From NCBI GenBank assembly GCA_900317095.1, contig ONFL01000035.1, positions 1 to 63,426 of the forward strand: DNA of 63,426 nucleotides, written 5' to 3'. The stretch's first letter is position 1. Each line of letters opens with the position of its first letter. This DNA is from an uncultured Eubacteriales bacterium. GTDB taxonomy: Bacteria; Bacillota; Clostridia; Lachnospirales; Lachnospiraceae. This document shows, in pieces, positions 17,875 to 27,918 of this stretch. The position numbers were made by a program, and so were the translations under genes. The notes beneath the pieces were generated by a model. The model did no database searches, was not told the origin of the DNA, and saw only the letters and a list, made by a program, of their open reading frames with translations.

Positions 17875-19257
17875 CTAGTGCTTAAGCAGGTCTTCGCCTA
17901 CAGAAACAATGTCTCCCGCTCCCATAGTTATCAACAGGTCCCCGTTGATACAATTTTTTGATAAAAAGTTTTCTATTTCCTGAAAGCTGGGGAAATACCA
18001 TACCGGCGTTCCCTTATCCTCCAGGAGTTTCTGGATGTCCCGGCTGCTGACATCTCCGGGATCCTTCTCCCGGGCAGCGAAAATATCGGCCAGGACGACA
18101 CGGTCCGCAAGGGACAGGGCCTCGGCAAAGCGGGGCAGCAGCGCCTTCGTCCTGGTGTAGGTGTGAGGCTGGAAAACGCACCAGATATTTCCATTGTGAG
18201 GATACTGGTGTGCAGCCCGCAGGGTGGCCTCCACCTCTGCAGGATGATGAGCGTAATCATCGAGGATCTTGACTCCATTCACGGTACCCTTGTACTGGAA
18301 ACGGCGGTCAGTTCCGGAGAATGCCATAAGTCCTTCCCGGATCGCGTCCTCGGGAAGACCGGTCTCTTCCGCAACGGCAATCGCCGCCAGGGCATTGGAA
18401 ATGTTGTGGACACCGGGAACATGCAGCTGATAGCGGCCCGCGCGCTGGCCGCGGCGTACAAGGTCGAAGCTGCCGTTGGCAAATTCGTCGAAGCTGATGT
18501 TTTCAGCTGTGTAATCACTGCCGGCTTCCAGGCCGCAGGTGGTGACCCGGCAGGCGAGTCCGTCAGTGATCTCCTGCAGGTCGGCGATCCCGCTGTTGAT
18601 GATCAGCAGGTCACCCTTGCCCAGTTTTTCAGCGAATTTGCGGAAGGAACTGCGGATGTCGTTAATATCCTTAAAGAAATCCAGGTGGTCCGCATCTATG
18701 TTGAGGATCACTTCAATATGGGGATTGAATTTAAGGAAGCTGTTGGTATATTCGCAGGCTTCGGCTATAAAATTCTCGGAGTGGCCGACGCGGATATTGC
18801 CTCCGATGGCATTGAGCATGCCGCCCACACTGATGGTAGGGTCATCCTTGGCTGCCAGAAAAATGTGGGAGAGCATGGATGTGGTGGTAGTTTTGCCATG
18901 TGTGCCGGCAACCGCGATGGAATTCTTATACTGTGCCATCAGCTGTCCCAGAAGAGAGGCGCGGTCCATGACCGGCTTCCCGCTTGCACGTGCGGCCATA
19001 AGTTCCGGATTATCTTCATGGATGGCTGCCGTGTAGACGATCAGGTTCAGATCCGGTGTAATATTCCCGGCCTTTTGACCGTAGATGACATGAATACCCG
19101 CGGCTTCAAGCGCCTGGGTAATAGAGCTTTCTTTTGAATCAGATCCGCTGACGGTAAAGCCCTTCTCCTGCAGGATCCGGGCAAGCCCGCTCATGCTGAT
19201 GCCGCCGATGCCGATGAAATGAATGTGCAGGGGGCTGCTGAAATCAATTTTATACAT
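17875..19257 (-). CDS. murC: UDP-N-acetylmuramate--L-alanine ligase
   Basis: HFIGIGGISMSGLA nucleotide-binding N-terminus and the Mur ligase P-loop GTHGKTTTTSM. Internal ATG at 19257. Confidence 0.95.
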   Translation of the reverse strand: MYKIDFSSPLHIHFIGIGGISMSGLARILQEKGFTVSGSDSKESSITQALEAAGIHVIYGQKAGNITPDLNLIVYTAAIHEDNPELMAARASGKPVMDRASLLGQLMAQYKNSIAVAGTHGKTTTTSMLSHIFLAAKDDPTISVGGMLNAIGGNIRVGHSENFIAEACEYTNSFLKFNPHIEVILNIDADHLDFFKDINDIRSSFRKFAEKLGKGDLLIINSGIADLQEITDGLACRVTTCGLEAGSDYTAENISFDEFANGSFDLVRRGQRAGRYQLHVPGVHNISNALAAIAVAEETGLPEDAIREGLMAFSGTDRRFQYKGTVNGVKILDDYAHHPAEVEATLRAAHQYPHNGNIWCVFQPHTYTRTKALLPRFAEALSLADRVVLADIFAAREKDPGDVSSRDIQKLLEDKGTPVWYFPSFQEIENFLSKNCINGDLLITMGAGDIVSVGEDLLKH

Positions 19258-19634
19258 ATAAATAGCACACTTCCTTAAAGCTTGATCAATGACGGAGCCG
19301 GACTGTTCCGGCAAGTACAATGCTATTATACCGAGATTTATAAATTTTGCAAATAAAAAAGGAAGGGCAAAGGGACACTGAAACAAAGTGTTGCAATTTC
19401 GGACGGAAGCGGGATTTGTGATATTTAGCATATTTTACGCGAAAACAGGGCGGGCAGGTACAAATAAATACATAAAATCAATTCCAATTTTCTGTAAAGA
19501 ATGCTATAATTAATATAACGATGAGACAATCTGCCGTTAGCTTTGCGGTCAATAGTCAGGTTCCGGTTCAGCAGCGATCCGGAGCCTTACTCATCCGGCT
19601 CTACCCCAAACCTGTTGAAAGGGAGGAACATAAG

Positions 19635-19904
19635 ATGCAGATTACTGATATCAGAGTTCGCACAGTCAACAAAGAGGGAAGGATGAAAGCAGTCGTATCG
19701 ATCACGATAGACAATGAATTTGCAGTGCATGACATCAAGGTAATCGACGGAGAAAAAGGATTGTTTATTGCAATGCCAAGCAGAAAAACGCTTGACGGAG
19801 AGTATCGAGACATAGCACATCCGATCAACTCGCAGACACGGGAACGACTCCAGTCTTTGATCCTGGAGGAATATGAGAAAGCACTTGCTGCGGACAGTGA
19901 ATAA
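19635..19904 (+). CDS. spoVG: Septation/sporulation regulator SpoVG
   Basis: MQITDIRVR.....[44 protein letters not shown] is the canonical SpoVG sequence. ATG at 19635 after GGGAGGA. Confidence 0.95.
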   Translation: MQITDIRVRTVNKEGRMKAVVSITIDNEFAVHDIKVIDGEKGLFIAMPSRKTLDGEYRDIAHPINSQTRERLQSLILEEYEKALAADSE

Positions 19905-19951
19905 CGACTTCGGGCACCGCAGTTTATTCTGATACATTCCTGTGAGAAGAA

Positions 19952-20006
19952 GGGAAGATATTCATCAGGGAACGGAAGTGAAACTGATGAGTACTTCCCT
20001 TTTTTC
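19952..20006 (+). terminator. Putative terminator after spoVG
   Basis: Imperfect hairpin gggaag.ata.ttcatcag / ctgatga.gta.cttccc followed by TTTTTTC. Confidence 0.5.
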
Positions 20007-20223
20007 TGTCCAGATCAGAGGCCGCCGGATTTTCGGCTTTCTGCTGCCCTGATGATATAGAAGCAATTTATTACAGAAATTTTAAGAAAATATTAAGTTT
20101 CGCTTTACTTCCTGCCTATTTCGTGATTTACTGTAAAGTGAATGAGTAGACTTTTTCAGGGGGATTGTATTGCCGGCCGGACTGTCTTGTGCCGGTATTT
20201 TTGGATAGCAGGAGGAATGAGTT

Positions 20224-23200
20224 ATGAAGCGTCGCATCTTATCTGGATTTTTTGCGGCATTGCTTTGCACCGGGCTCTGCCTGGGACCGTCCGCCCGGAC
20301 ATTTGCCCAGGTATCCGCACAGCCGGATACCGTGGAAAGCGAAACAGCAAAGAGCGGCAGCGCGCAGGCTGAAGAGAGCGGCAGCGCACAGGAGGCAGAG
20401 ACCGGCAGCGCGCAGACACAGGAAAGCGGCAGCACGCAGGCGGCGGAAGGTGAGCAGACTGCAGAGACCGAAAGCGGGCAGACGCAGGAAAGCAGCGCCG
20501 GGCAGGAAACGCCGGAAGAGATAACCGGATTTGTGCCCCTTGCGGATGATGAGAAAAGCTTCAGCTTCAGCTATTATGACAGACCCACGCAGGAGGAGAT
20601 CTCTGACGCCCTTCCGGACACTATACAGGTGTACCTGAATGGCTCAGAGACAGCGCAGGAGATCCCGGTCAGCTGGGAAAGCACTGTGGATTATGATGCG
20701 ACAGCCTATTTCTACTATTCTTTCCATCCTGTCTGGGATACAGGCAGCTACAGCTGCCAGGATGCAGAGGACGCGCCCTATATCTGGGTAGAGTTTAAGA
20801 TGACTTCAGCTGCTTCCGGTATCCGGCGGGCCAGGGCGGTATCCGCGCAGGATACGAACAAACAGACAGTATATCAGTATCTGACGCAGACCATGGGACT
20901 GAATAAGGCAGCAGCCTGCGGTGTTATGGCGAATATTGAGGCAGAGTCGAATTTTTATCCCGGCCTGGAAGAGTATACGGAGCGGACGGACAAGGGCTAC
21001 GGACTTTGCCAGTGGACTTTCACGCGCCGGACAAATATGGAGCAGTATATGATCGACCATGGCTATACGACAGCGGAAGAGAAAAATTTCAGCTCCATCC
21101 AGGGGCAGCTGGAATTTATGTACTACGAGCTGCAGACCAGTTCATGGTATAAAACAAAAGTGCTGGACGTACTGCGCGCCCAGCCCAATACCGCGCAGGG
21201 CGCCTATCAGGCTGGATATACCTGGTGCTATTATTATGAGGTCCCGCAAGGCTATAACAGCGGGGTCTCCGCTGACCGGGGCCAGCGCGCCATAGACAAT
21301 TACTGGACGAATTCTGCCTACGGAGAGGGCGGGGAACTTCCGGCCCAGGTGGATATCAAGATTCAGGGGGCTTCTCTTCCGGACCGGATCCTCAGCCTGG
21401 GCTCGTCTTTTGACATACTGGGAACCGTAAGCTCTACCCGCAGCATTACCTATATAACCGTCGGTGTCTATGACAGATCCGGCAGCAAAAAGATGGAGAA
21501 GACTGTTACTCCCGGCAGCAGCAGCTACAGCATAGGTGCTTCTGCTGTCAACAGTGCACTGAAGTTTGGAACGCTCTCGTCCGGTGACTATCTCTATAAA
21601 GTAACCGCATCCAGCGGTTCCGAGACCGTAACACTGGTGGAGCATGAATTTTCCGTGAGAAAACCGGCTTCCGTGACCAACGGAACATATTATATTTTAT
21701 GCAGCTCCAACCAGGGCATGGCAGTCCAGTCCGCGGGTACGCAGACCGGCTCCGGCCTTGTCCTGGCCGCAAAGGCCGGGAGCAGTGCCCAGAAATTTAC
21801 ATTTACAGGTCTTGGCAGCGGAAAGTATAAGATCACCAGCCTTTATTCCGGCAAGGTTCTCGAAGCAGCCCAGGCCGACAATGCCAATGTTTCTGCCGTA
21901 GTACAGACTGCCGCAGGCAGCAGCACGTCTCAGCAGTGGAGGCTCTGGCAGAACAGTGACGGCAGTTATCTCCTGCAGAATGCAGCCGACGGCACCGTTA
22001 TGGAGGCCGCCGGCGGGAAGATCGCAGCCGGGACAGGCCTGCAGCAGGAACTTTGCACAGGCGGCTCACATCAGAAGTTTACACTGGCGGCAGCCGGCGG
22101 AGCCGATACGGAAAAGTTTTCCGCCTCTATCTCCTCCTGCAGCTTTCCGGGCCGGATCCACAGCCTGGGCAGCTCCTTTTCAGTAAGGGGAACTATTAAG
22201 GCCAGCCGGTCTATGTCAGCTGTCTCGGCTGCGGTCTATGATGGGACGGGCAAAGCCAGGATCAGTAAGACCGTAAGCCTGTCTTCTGCCAGCTATGATC
22301 TTAAAAACCTGGACAGCTCTCTGAAGTTCGGCAGTCTTCCGACCGGCGATTATCGCTATGAGATAAAGGCTGTCAGCGGGGATAAAAGCGTTCTGCTGGT
22401 AAAGTACTATTTTTCTGTCCGCAAGGCTGTTTCGGTATCAGGCGGCAGCTATCTGATCGTCAGCAAGACTTACAGCAATCTGCTGGCGGACATAGCAGGC
22501 GCCGGCAAAGCGGCTGGCGCCAATCTGCAGCTGGCTCTGCGCAGTCCTTCCCGGGCTCAGAATTTTACATTTACATCTGTGGGCGGCGGGAAATACAAGA
22601 TAACAGCCGCACACAGCGGCAAAGTCCTGGAGAGTGCCGGCGGGAGCAGTGCCGACAAAGCCAATGTCTGCCAGGGAGATTATAAGGGGACTCTTTTTCA
22701 GCAGTGGAAGATCTGGCAGAACAGCGACGGCAGTTATCTGCTGCAGAATGCAGGCAGCGGCCGGGTGCTGACGGCCGACGGGACGGTCCGCAGCGGCGCC
22801 AATCTGCTGCAGAGGCTCTGTGACGGCAGAGATCAGCAGAAGTTTGTTCTGACTTCTGCCGCCAGGGGGATCTCTTCCACGCTCTTCAGCGCCAGTCTTT
22901 CTTCAGGAAGCCTGCCGGACCGGATCCACAGCCTGGGAAGTCCTTTTTCCGTTCGCGGAAATGTCACGGCAAATAAGACGATCATGCTGCTGGACGCCGC
23001 CGTTTTTAACGGCAGCGGCAAGAGGGTCATCGGGAAGACCGTGATCCCGGCAGCTAAAAGCTATAATCTGCAGAACCTGGACAGCTCTCTGAAATTCGGC
23101 AGTCTGCCTGTCGGGGATTACCATTATCAGGTAAGGGCAGTCAGCGGGGCCCAGTGCGTTCTGCTGGTTAATTATTATTTTTCCGTCCGCAAAGCCGCGG

Positions 23201-23631
23201 CCCCGGCCGGCGGGACTTATCTGCTGGTCTCCAGCGCAAACAGGAACCTGACCATGGATCTGGCCGGCGGCAGCCTGAATAACGGCGCCAATATCCAGCT
23301 TTGGAGGAAAAACGGGACCAGCCATCAGACATTTACCTTTACTGCGCTGGGCGGCGGCAAATATAAGATCGTCAACACCGGTTCCGGGAAAGCTGTGGAG
23401 TCTGCAGGCGGCAGCAGCGCCGAGAAGGCCAACATAGATCAAAGCAGCTACAGCGGAAGCGCTTATCAGCAGTGGCGCATCTGGGAAAACAGTGACGGAA
23501 GCTATGTGCTGCAGAATGTGGGCAGCAGCCGGGTCATGACAGCGGCCGGCAGCCTGAAGAGCAGTGTAAATCTCTGGCAGCAGCTCTGTGACGGAGGATC
23601 TCTTCAGAAGTTTGTCCTGCAGAAGCCCTGA
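20224..23631 (+). CDS. Secreted multidomain protein: signal peptide, acidic repeats, phage-tail-lysozyme-like domain, and 3 x (beta-sandwich module + ricin-B lectin)
   Basis: Signal peptide MKRRILSGFFAALLCTGLCLGPSARTFA. Lysozyme-like segment GVMANIEAESNF...GYGLCQWTF.RR. Three ~250-aa repeats, each ending in beta-trefoil QxW-type motifs (QKFTF, QQWR.WQNSDGSY.LQN, QKF.L). Confidence 0.8.
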   Translation: MKRRILSGFFAALLCTGLCLGPSARTFAQVSAQPDTVESETAKSGSAQAEESGSAQEAETGSAQTQESGSTQAAEGEQTAETESGQTQESSAGQETPEEITGFVPLADDEKSFSFSYYDRPTQEEISDALPDTIQVYLNGSETAQEIPVSWESTVDYDATAYFYYSFHPVWDTGSYSCQDAEDAPYIWVEFKMTSAASGIRRARAVSAQDTNKQTVYQYLTQTMGLNKAAACGVMANIEAESNFYPGLEEYTERTDKGYGLCQWTFTRRTNMEQYMIDHGYTTAEEKNFSSIQGQLEFMYYELQTSSWYKTKVLDVLRAQPNTAQGAYQAGYTWCYYYEVPQGYNSGVSADRGQRAIDNYWTNSAYGEGGELPAQVDIKIQGASLPDRILSLGSSFDILGTVSSTRSITYITVGVYDRSGSKKMEKTVTPGSSSYSIGASAVNSALKFGTLSSGDYLYKVTASSGSETVTLVEHEFSVRKPASVTNGTYYILCSSNQGMAVQSAGTQTGSGLVLAAKAGSSAQKFTFTGLGSGKYKITSLYSGKVLEAAQADNANVSAVVQTAAGSSTSQQWRLWQNSDGSYLLQNAADGTVMEAAGGKIAAGTGLQQELCTGGSHQKFTLAAAGGADTEKFSASISSCSFPGRIHSLGSSFSVRGTIKASRSMSAVSAAVYDGTGKARISKTVSLSSASYDLKNLDSSLKFGSLPTGDYRYEIKAVSGDKSVLLVKYYFSVRKAVSVSGGSYLIVSKTYSNLLADIAGAGKAAGANLQLALRSPSRAQNFTFTSVGGGKYKITAAHSGKVLESAGGSSADKANVCQGDYKGTLFQQWKIWQNSDGSYLLQNAGSGRVLTADGTVRSGANLLQRLCDGRDQQKFVLTSAARGISSTLFSASLSSGSLPDRIHSLGSPFSVRGNVTANKTIMLLDAAVFNGSGKRVIGKTVIPAAKSYNLQNLDSSLKFGSLPVGDYHYQVRAVSGAQCVLLVNYYFSVRKAAAPAGGTYLLVSSANRNLTMDLAGGSLNNGANIQLWRKNGTSHQTFTFTALGGGKYKIVNTGSGKAVESAGGSSAEKANIDQSSYSGSAYQQWRIWENSDGSYVLQNVGSSRVMTAAGSLKSSVNLWQQLCDGGSLQKFVLQKP
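20338..20520 (+). repeat. Coding tandem repeat (~24 nt; E-S/T-G-S-A/T-Q units)
   Basis: Reiterated ..agcggcagcgc.cag.. units encode AKSGSAQAEESGSAQEAETGSAQTQESGSTQ. Confidence 0.8.
21349..23628 (+). repeat. Three tandem ~750-bp coding repeats (21349-22116, 22117-22884, 22885-23628)
   Basis: The protein repeats are collinear (..P.RI.SLGS.F...G.......L.FG.L..GDY.Y...A.SG......V...FSVRK... then a ricin-like module). They are diverged, not identical. Confidence 0.85.
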
Positions 23632-23697
23632 CCGCCGGGCGGGACGGACGCTGCAGCGGACAATATTTTATAAGGCAGAAATAACAGGAGGCAGAAA

Positions 23698-24279
23698 ATG
23701 CATCTGATCGTCGGACTGGGCAATCCCACGGCAAAATATGAGGGAACCCGGCATAATGTAGGATTTGAGACAATAGACATTATTGCGGACCGCTGGGGCA
23801 TCCGCGTTGGTGACAGGAAGGCAAAGGCCCTGTGCGGATCAGGATCTATAGAGGGTGAAAAAGTAATTCTGGCAAAACCGCAGACCTTTATGAACCTGAG
23901 CGGGGAAAGCGTACGGCCGCTGGCGGATTTTTATAAGATCCCGGCGGAGAATATCCTGGTCATCCACGATGATATAGATCTGCCTCTGGGGAATCTGCGG
24001 ATCCGCAAAAGAGGCAGCGCCGGAGGCCATAATGGCATGAAAAATATCATCCAGCATCTGGGAACGCAGGAATTTCCAAGAATCCGCATCGGCGTGGGCG
24101 GCAAGCCCGAGGGCTGGGATCTGGCGGCTTATGTTCTTTCGAAATACAGTCCCGAGGACAGAAAGATCATGGACGAAGCGCAGGCGGCAGCAGCCCAGGC
24201 GGCGGCCCTGATCGTCCAGGGAGAGGTGGACAAGGCGATGAACAGCTACAACACTCCCCATGCAAAAAAGGATCAATAA
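23698..24279 (+). CDS. pth: Peptidyl-tRNA hydrolase
   Basis: LIVGLGNP...Y..TRHN.GF and FMN.SG.SV are Pth signatures. Confidence 0.95.
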   Translation: MHLIVGLGNPTAKYEGTRHNVGFETIDIIADRWGIRVGDRKAKALCGSGSIEGEKVILAKPQTFMNLSGESVRPLADFYKIPAENILVIHDDIDLPLGNLRIRKRGSAGGHNGMKNIIQHLGTQEFPRIRIGVGGKPEGWDLAAYVLSKYSPEDRKIMDEAQAAAAQAAALIVQGEVDKAMNSYNTPHAKKDQ

Positions 24280-24328
24280 GACATTTGTATATTTAATATA
24301 GAAGAAACCGGAAAAGGAAGGATAGACA

Positions 24329-27300
24329 ATGAAAACGATCATGCGCCCTTTGGGAGAACTGGCAGGCTTTGAAGAAGCCGCACATCTGATCAGGGACGGG
24401 CAGACTCCGGTCTGCGTTGACGGATGTGTGGACGCGCAGAAATGTCAGCTGATCCGGGCCTTCGGGGAGGACGATTCCCTGAAACTGGTGATCACATATG
24501 ACGAAAAAAGAGCCAGACAGATCTGTGAGGAATATCGTTTTTATGATAAAAATGTTTATTTCTATCCGGCAAAGGACATTATCTTCTACAGCGCAGATGT
24601 ACACAGCGATCTGATCGTAAAGGAACGGCTGCAGGCAATGCGTCCGATCCTCGATGAGGCGCCGACGGTCATAGTCACCACACCGGACGCCCTCATGGAC
24701 CGTGTGCTCCCTCTGGAAGTGCTGGACCGCTTCCGGGTGGAACTGGCACCGGGAAACCGGATCATGCTCAGCGATTTTTCCTCCCTGCTTACAGAAATGG
24801 GATTTGAACGCTGCGGACAGGTCTCCGCTCCCGGGCAGTTCAGCATCCGGGGCGGCATCCTGGATTTTTTTAATTATGCGGATCCCGCCCCTTACCGGAT
24901 AGAGCTCTGGGACGATGAGATAGATTCCATCCGCACGTTTGACCCTGAAAGCCAGCGGTCTATTGAACCGGCGGACAGGGCGGTTATCTATCCCGCCGGG
25001 GAATATCTGTTTACGAAGAAGGTGACAGCGGCAGGCCTGCATAAGATAGATCTGGCCCTGAAAGACCAGGTAGAGGCCCTTTCCAGTCAGAGGAAGGCCA
25101 ATGAGGCCGCCCATCTGAGGCAGGTGATTGCGGTCTTTAAGGAGGAAATGGAATCCGGAAGCACGGATGTGGGCGTTGACAGCTACATTCCTTTTTTCTT
25201 TGAGGACACGGTCTCCTTTCTGGACTATTTTAAGGAGGATAACTGCCTGGTTTTTGTTGACGAACCCGCCAGGACCGCAGACCGGGCCAGGCAGGCCTGG
25301 GAGGAGTTCACATCCACCATGCAGGTGCGGCTGGAGCAGGGATATATCCTGCCCCTGCAGATGCAGACATTCATGGACGGCAGCCGGATCCTCGCGAGGA
25401 CAGCGGCCATGCAGACCATTTATCTGAGCACGCTGATGTGGAGCTCTTCGGATATTTTCCCGGTAAAAAGCCGGGTCAGCATTCCTGCTGTCAGCATGCG
25501 GACATACCGCAGGGATTTTGCTCTGCTGGTGAAGGATCTTACAGCCTGGATCAGAAAGAAGTACCGGATCCTGCTGATCGCCAGATCTTCCCTGCGGGGC
25601 CGGCAGCTCTGCGACGACCTGGAGAGGGAAGGGCTGAATGTCTTTTATACAGAGGACGATGAGCATGAACTGCAGGCGGGACAGGTCATGATCATCCACG
25701 GCAGTCTGACCCGCGGTTTTGAGTATGAACAGATCCGCTTTGCCGTAATCGCCGAATCTGACATCTTCGGTCAGGAGAAAAAGAGGCGCAAAAGCCGGCG
25801 GACCAGCGACGGGGCCAGGGCAGCCCTGGATTTCAGTTCCCTTACAGTCGGCGACTATGTTGTCCACGAAAAATACGGGATCGGCATTTACAGGGGAATA
25901 GAGAAGCTGGAGCTGGACGGCGTTCTGCAGGATTATGTCAAAATAGAATACGCAGACGGCGGCAGTCTTTACATCCAGCCCACCCATCTGGACCTGATCC
26001 AGAAGTATGCCGGCAAAGAAGCGGAGCATGTAAAGGTCAGTTCCATGGGCGGGACCCGCTGGGACAAGACAAAAAGCAAGGTGAAAAAGTCCGTGGCCGG
26101 CCTTGCCAGAGACCTGGTCCGGCTCTATGCCGTGCGGGAGAACTCCAAAGGCTTTGCCTGCGGACCGGATACGGTCTGGCAGACGGAATTTGAGGAGATG
26201 TTTCCTTTTGAGGAAACCGCTGACCAGCTGGATGCCATCGCTGCCGTAAAGAAGGATATGGAGAGCACAAAGATCATGGACCGGCTGATATGCGGAGATG
26301 TCGGCTTCGGCAAAACGGAGGTGGCCATCCGGGCCGCCTTCAAGATGGTGCAGGAGGGACGGCAGGTGGCCGTTCTGGTGCCGACGACGATCCTTGCCCA
26401 GCAGCATTACAACACTTTTCTCCAGCGGATGGCGGCTTATCCTGTGAAAATAGCCCAGCTCTCCCGTTTTGTAACAGCGGCAGAGCAGAAAAAAACCATT
26501 TCCGGTCTGGAATCAGGAAGCGTAGACATTGTGATCGGCACGCACCGCCTGCTTTCCAAAGATGTAAAGTTTCGGAATCTGGGCCTTTTGGTTGTGGATG
26601 AGGAACAGCGTTTCGGAGTTGATCACAAGGAAAAGATAAAGAAACTGAAAAATACCGTGGACGTCCTCACGCTGACGGCCACGCCCATCCCCAGGACCAT
26701 GCATATGAGCCTGATCGGGATCCGGGATATCAGCCTGCTGGAGCAGGCGCCGGTGGACCGTGTTCCCATCCAGACCTATGTCATGGAGTACAGCCGGGAA
26801 ATGGTCCGTGAGGCCATTTCCAGAGAACTGCAGCGGGGCGGCCAGGTCTATTATGTCTATAACCGGACTGACGACATTGACCGCACAGCGGCGGACATTC
26901 AGGCAATGTTTCCCGACGCGGAAGTGGCCTATGCACACGGCCAGATGGCAGAGCGGGATCTGGAAAAGGTCATGTACAGCTTTGTCAACGGCCAGATAGA
27001 TGTGCTTGTTTCCACAACCATCATCGAAACCGGGCTGGATATAGCCAATGTCAATACGATCATTGTCAGCAATGCGGACCGCTTCGGTCTGGCCCAGCTC
27101 TACCAGCTGCGGGGGCGTGTGGGCCGGTCTGACCGCACGGCCTATGCCTATCTCATGTATCAGCGGGATCGGGTACTGAAGGAGACGGCCATGAAGCGGC
27201 TCTCAGCCATCCGGGAATTCACAGCTCTGGGCAGCGGCTACCGGATCGCCCTGCGGGATCTTGAGATCCGCGGTGCCGGCAATCTGCTGGGCAAGGTGCA

Positions 27301-27856
27301 GAGCGGGGACATGGAAGCCGTCGGCTACGATCTCTACTGCAAGCTGCTGGCAGCGGCGGTCCGCCAGGAAAAGGGAGAAGAGCCCGAGGAGGAATTCGAG
27401 ACCAGGATAGAGATATCCATAGATGCCTTTATCCCGGACACCTATATTATGAATGAATCCCAGAAACTGGAAATGTACAAACGGATCTCCTGTATAGGCA
27501 GCGACGCGGATTACAGCGAGCTGCTGGATGAGATGATAGACCGCTACGGCGATCTGCCGGCTCCCGCTGAAAATCTGCTGCTGACCGCCCGGGTCAAGAT
27601 GAAAGCGCAGAAGCTGAAGATCCGCACGGTTAAAGCCGAGGGAAGGGATGTACGGCTGATCCACCCGGAGCTGGACATTTCCCAGAAGACGGCATCTGGC
27701 CTGTCTGGAAAATATCCCCGCCGGGTGCGGTTTTCCACGAGCGGACAGCCTGTGGTTACTTTTCGGACCGGAGCTGCGTCCGACAGGGAAATGCTGGAGG
27801 AGACGGCAGCCTTTCTGGACACGCTTGCCGGCCTGACCAAAGAAAAGAGTAGTTGA
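24329..27856 (+). CDS. mfd: Transcription-repair coupling factor
   Basis: 1175 aa. RNAP-interacting CarD-like segment ([14 protein letters not shown]). SF2 helicase motifs ([38 protein letters not shown]). pth-mfd synteny. Confidence 0.95.
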   Translation: MKTIMRPLGELAGFEEAAHLIRDGQTPVCVDGCVDAQKCQLIRAFGEDDSLKLVITYDEKRARQICEEYRFYDKNVYFYPAKDIIFYSADVHSDLIVKERLQAMRPILDEAPTVIVTTPDALMDRVLPLEVLDRFRVELAPGNRIMLSDFSSLLTEMGFERCGQVSAPGQFSIRGGILDFFNYADPAPYRIELWDDEIDSIRTFDPESQRSIEPADRAVIYPAGEYLFTKKVTAAGLHKIDLALKDQVEALSSQRKANEAAHLRQVIAVFKEEMESGSTDVGVDSYIPFFFEDTVSFLDYFKEDNCLVFVDEPARTADRARQAWEEFTSTMQVRLEQGYILPLQMQTFMDGSRILARTAAMQTIYLSTLMWSSSDIFPVKSRVSIPAVSMRTYRRDFALLVKDLTAWIRKKYRILLIARSSLRGRQLCDDLEREGLNVFYTEDDEHELQAGQVMIIHGSLTRGFEYEQIRFAVIAESDIFGQEKKRRKSRRTSDGARAALDFSSLTVGDYVVHEKYGIGIYRGIEKLELDGVLQDYVKIEYADGGSLYIQPTHLDLIQKYAGKEAEHVKVSSMGGTRWDKTKSKVKKSVAGLARDLVRLYAVRENSKGFACGPDTVWQTEFEEMFPFEETADQLDAIAAVKKDMESTKIMDRLICGDVGFGKTEVAIRAAFKMVQEGRQVAVLVPTTILAQQHYNTFLQRMAAYPVKIAQLSRFVTAAEQKKTISGLESGSVDIVIGTHRLLSKDVKFRNLGLLVVDEEQRFGVDHKEKIKKLKNTVDVLTLTATPIPRTMHMSLIGIRDISLLEQAPVDRVPIQTYVMEYSREMVREAISRELQRGGQVYYVYNRTDDIDRTAADIQAMFPDAEVAYAHGQMAERDLEKVMYSFVNGQIDVLVSTTIIETGLDIANVNTIIVSNADRFGLAQLYQLRGRVGRSDRTAYAYLMYQRDRVLKETAMKRLSAIREFTALGSGYRIALRDLEIRGAGNLLGKVQSGDMEAVGYDLYCKLLAAAVRQEKGEEPEEEFETRIEISIDAFIPDTYIMNESQKLEMYKRISCIGSDADYSELLDEMIDRYGDLPAPAENLLLTARVKMKAQKLKIRTVKAEGRDVRLIHPELDISQKTASGLSGKYPRRVRFSTSGQPVVTFRTGAASDREMLEETAAFLDTLAGLTKEKSS

Positions 27857-27918
27857 ACCGGCTTTTGATTTGGTGTAAGATTAACCTAGTTTATTATGCA
27901 TGAATAAAGGAGTAGTAT

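Noticed and set aside
20082-20524. ORFs 20082-20435 (minus), 20222-20419 (minus) and 20252-20524 (plus) overlapping the 5' end of the secreted ricin/lysozyme gene.
   Set aside because: They are alternative frames of the GC-rich (SGSAQ)n tandem repeat. The frame starting at 20224 has a proper signal peptide and continues for 1135 aa.
24293-26407. 704-aa ORF antisense to mfd.
   Set aside because: The plus strand carries unmistakable Mfd helicase motifs. The antisense product is low-complexity (R/G/P/L-rich) with no motifs. This is a typical long-ORF artefact in GC-rich coding DNA.
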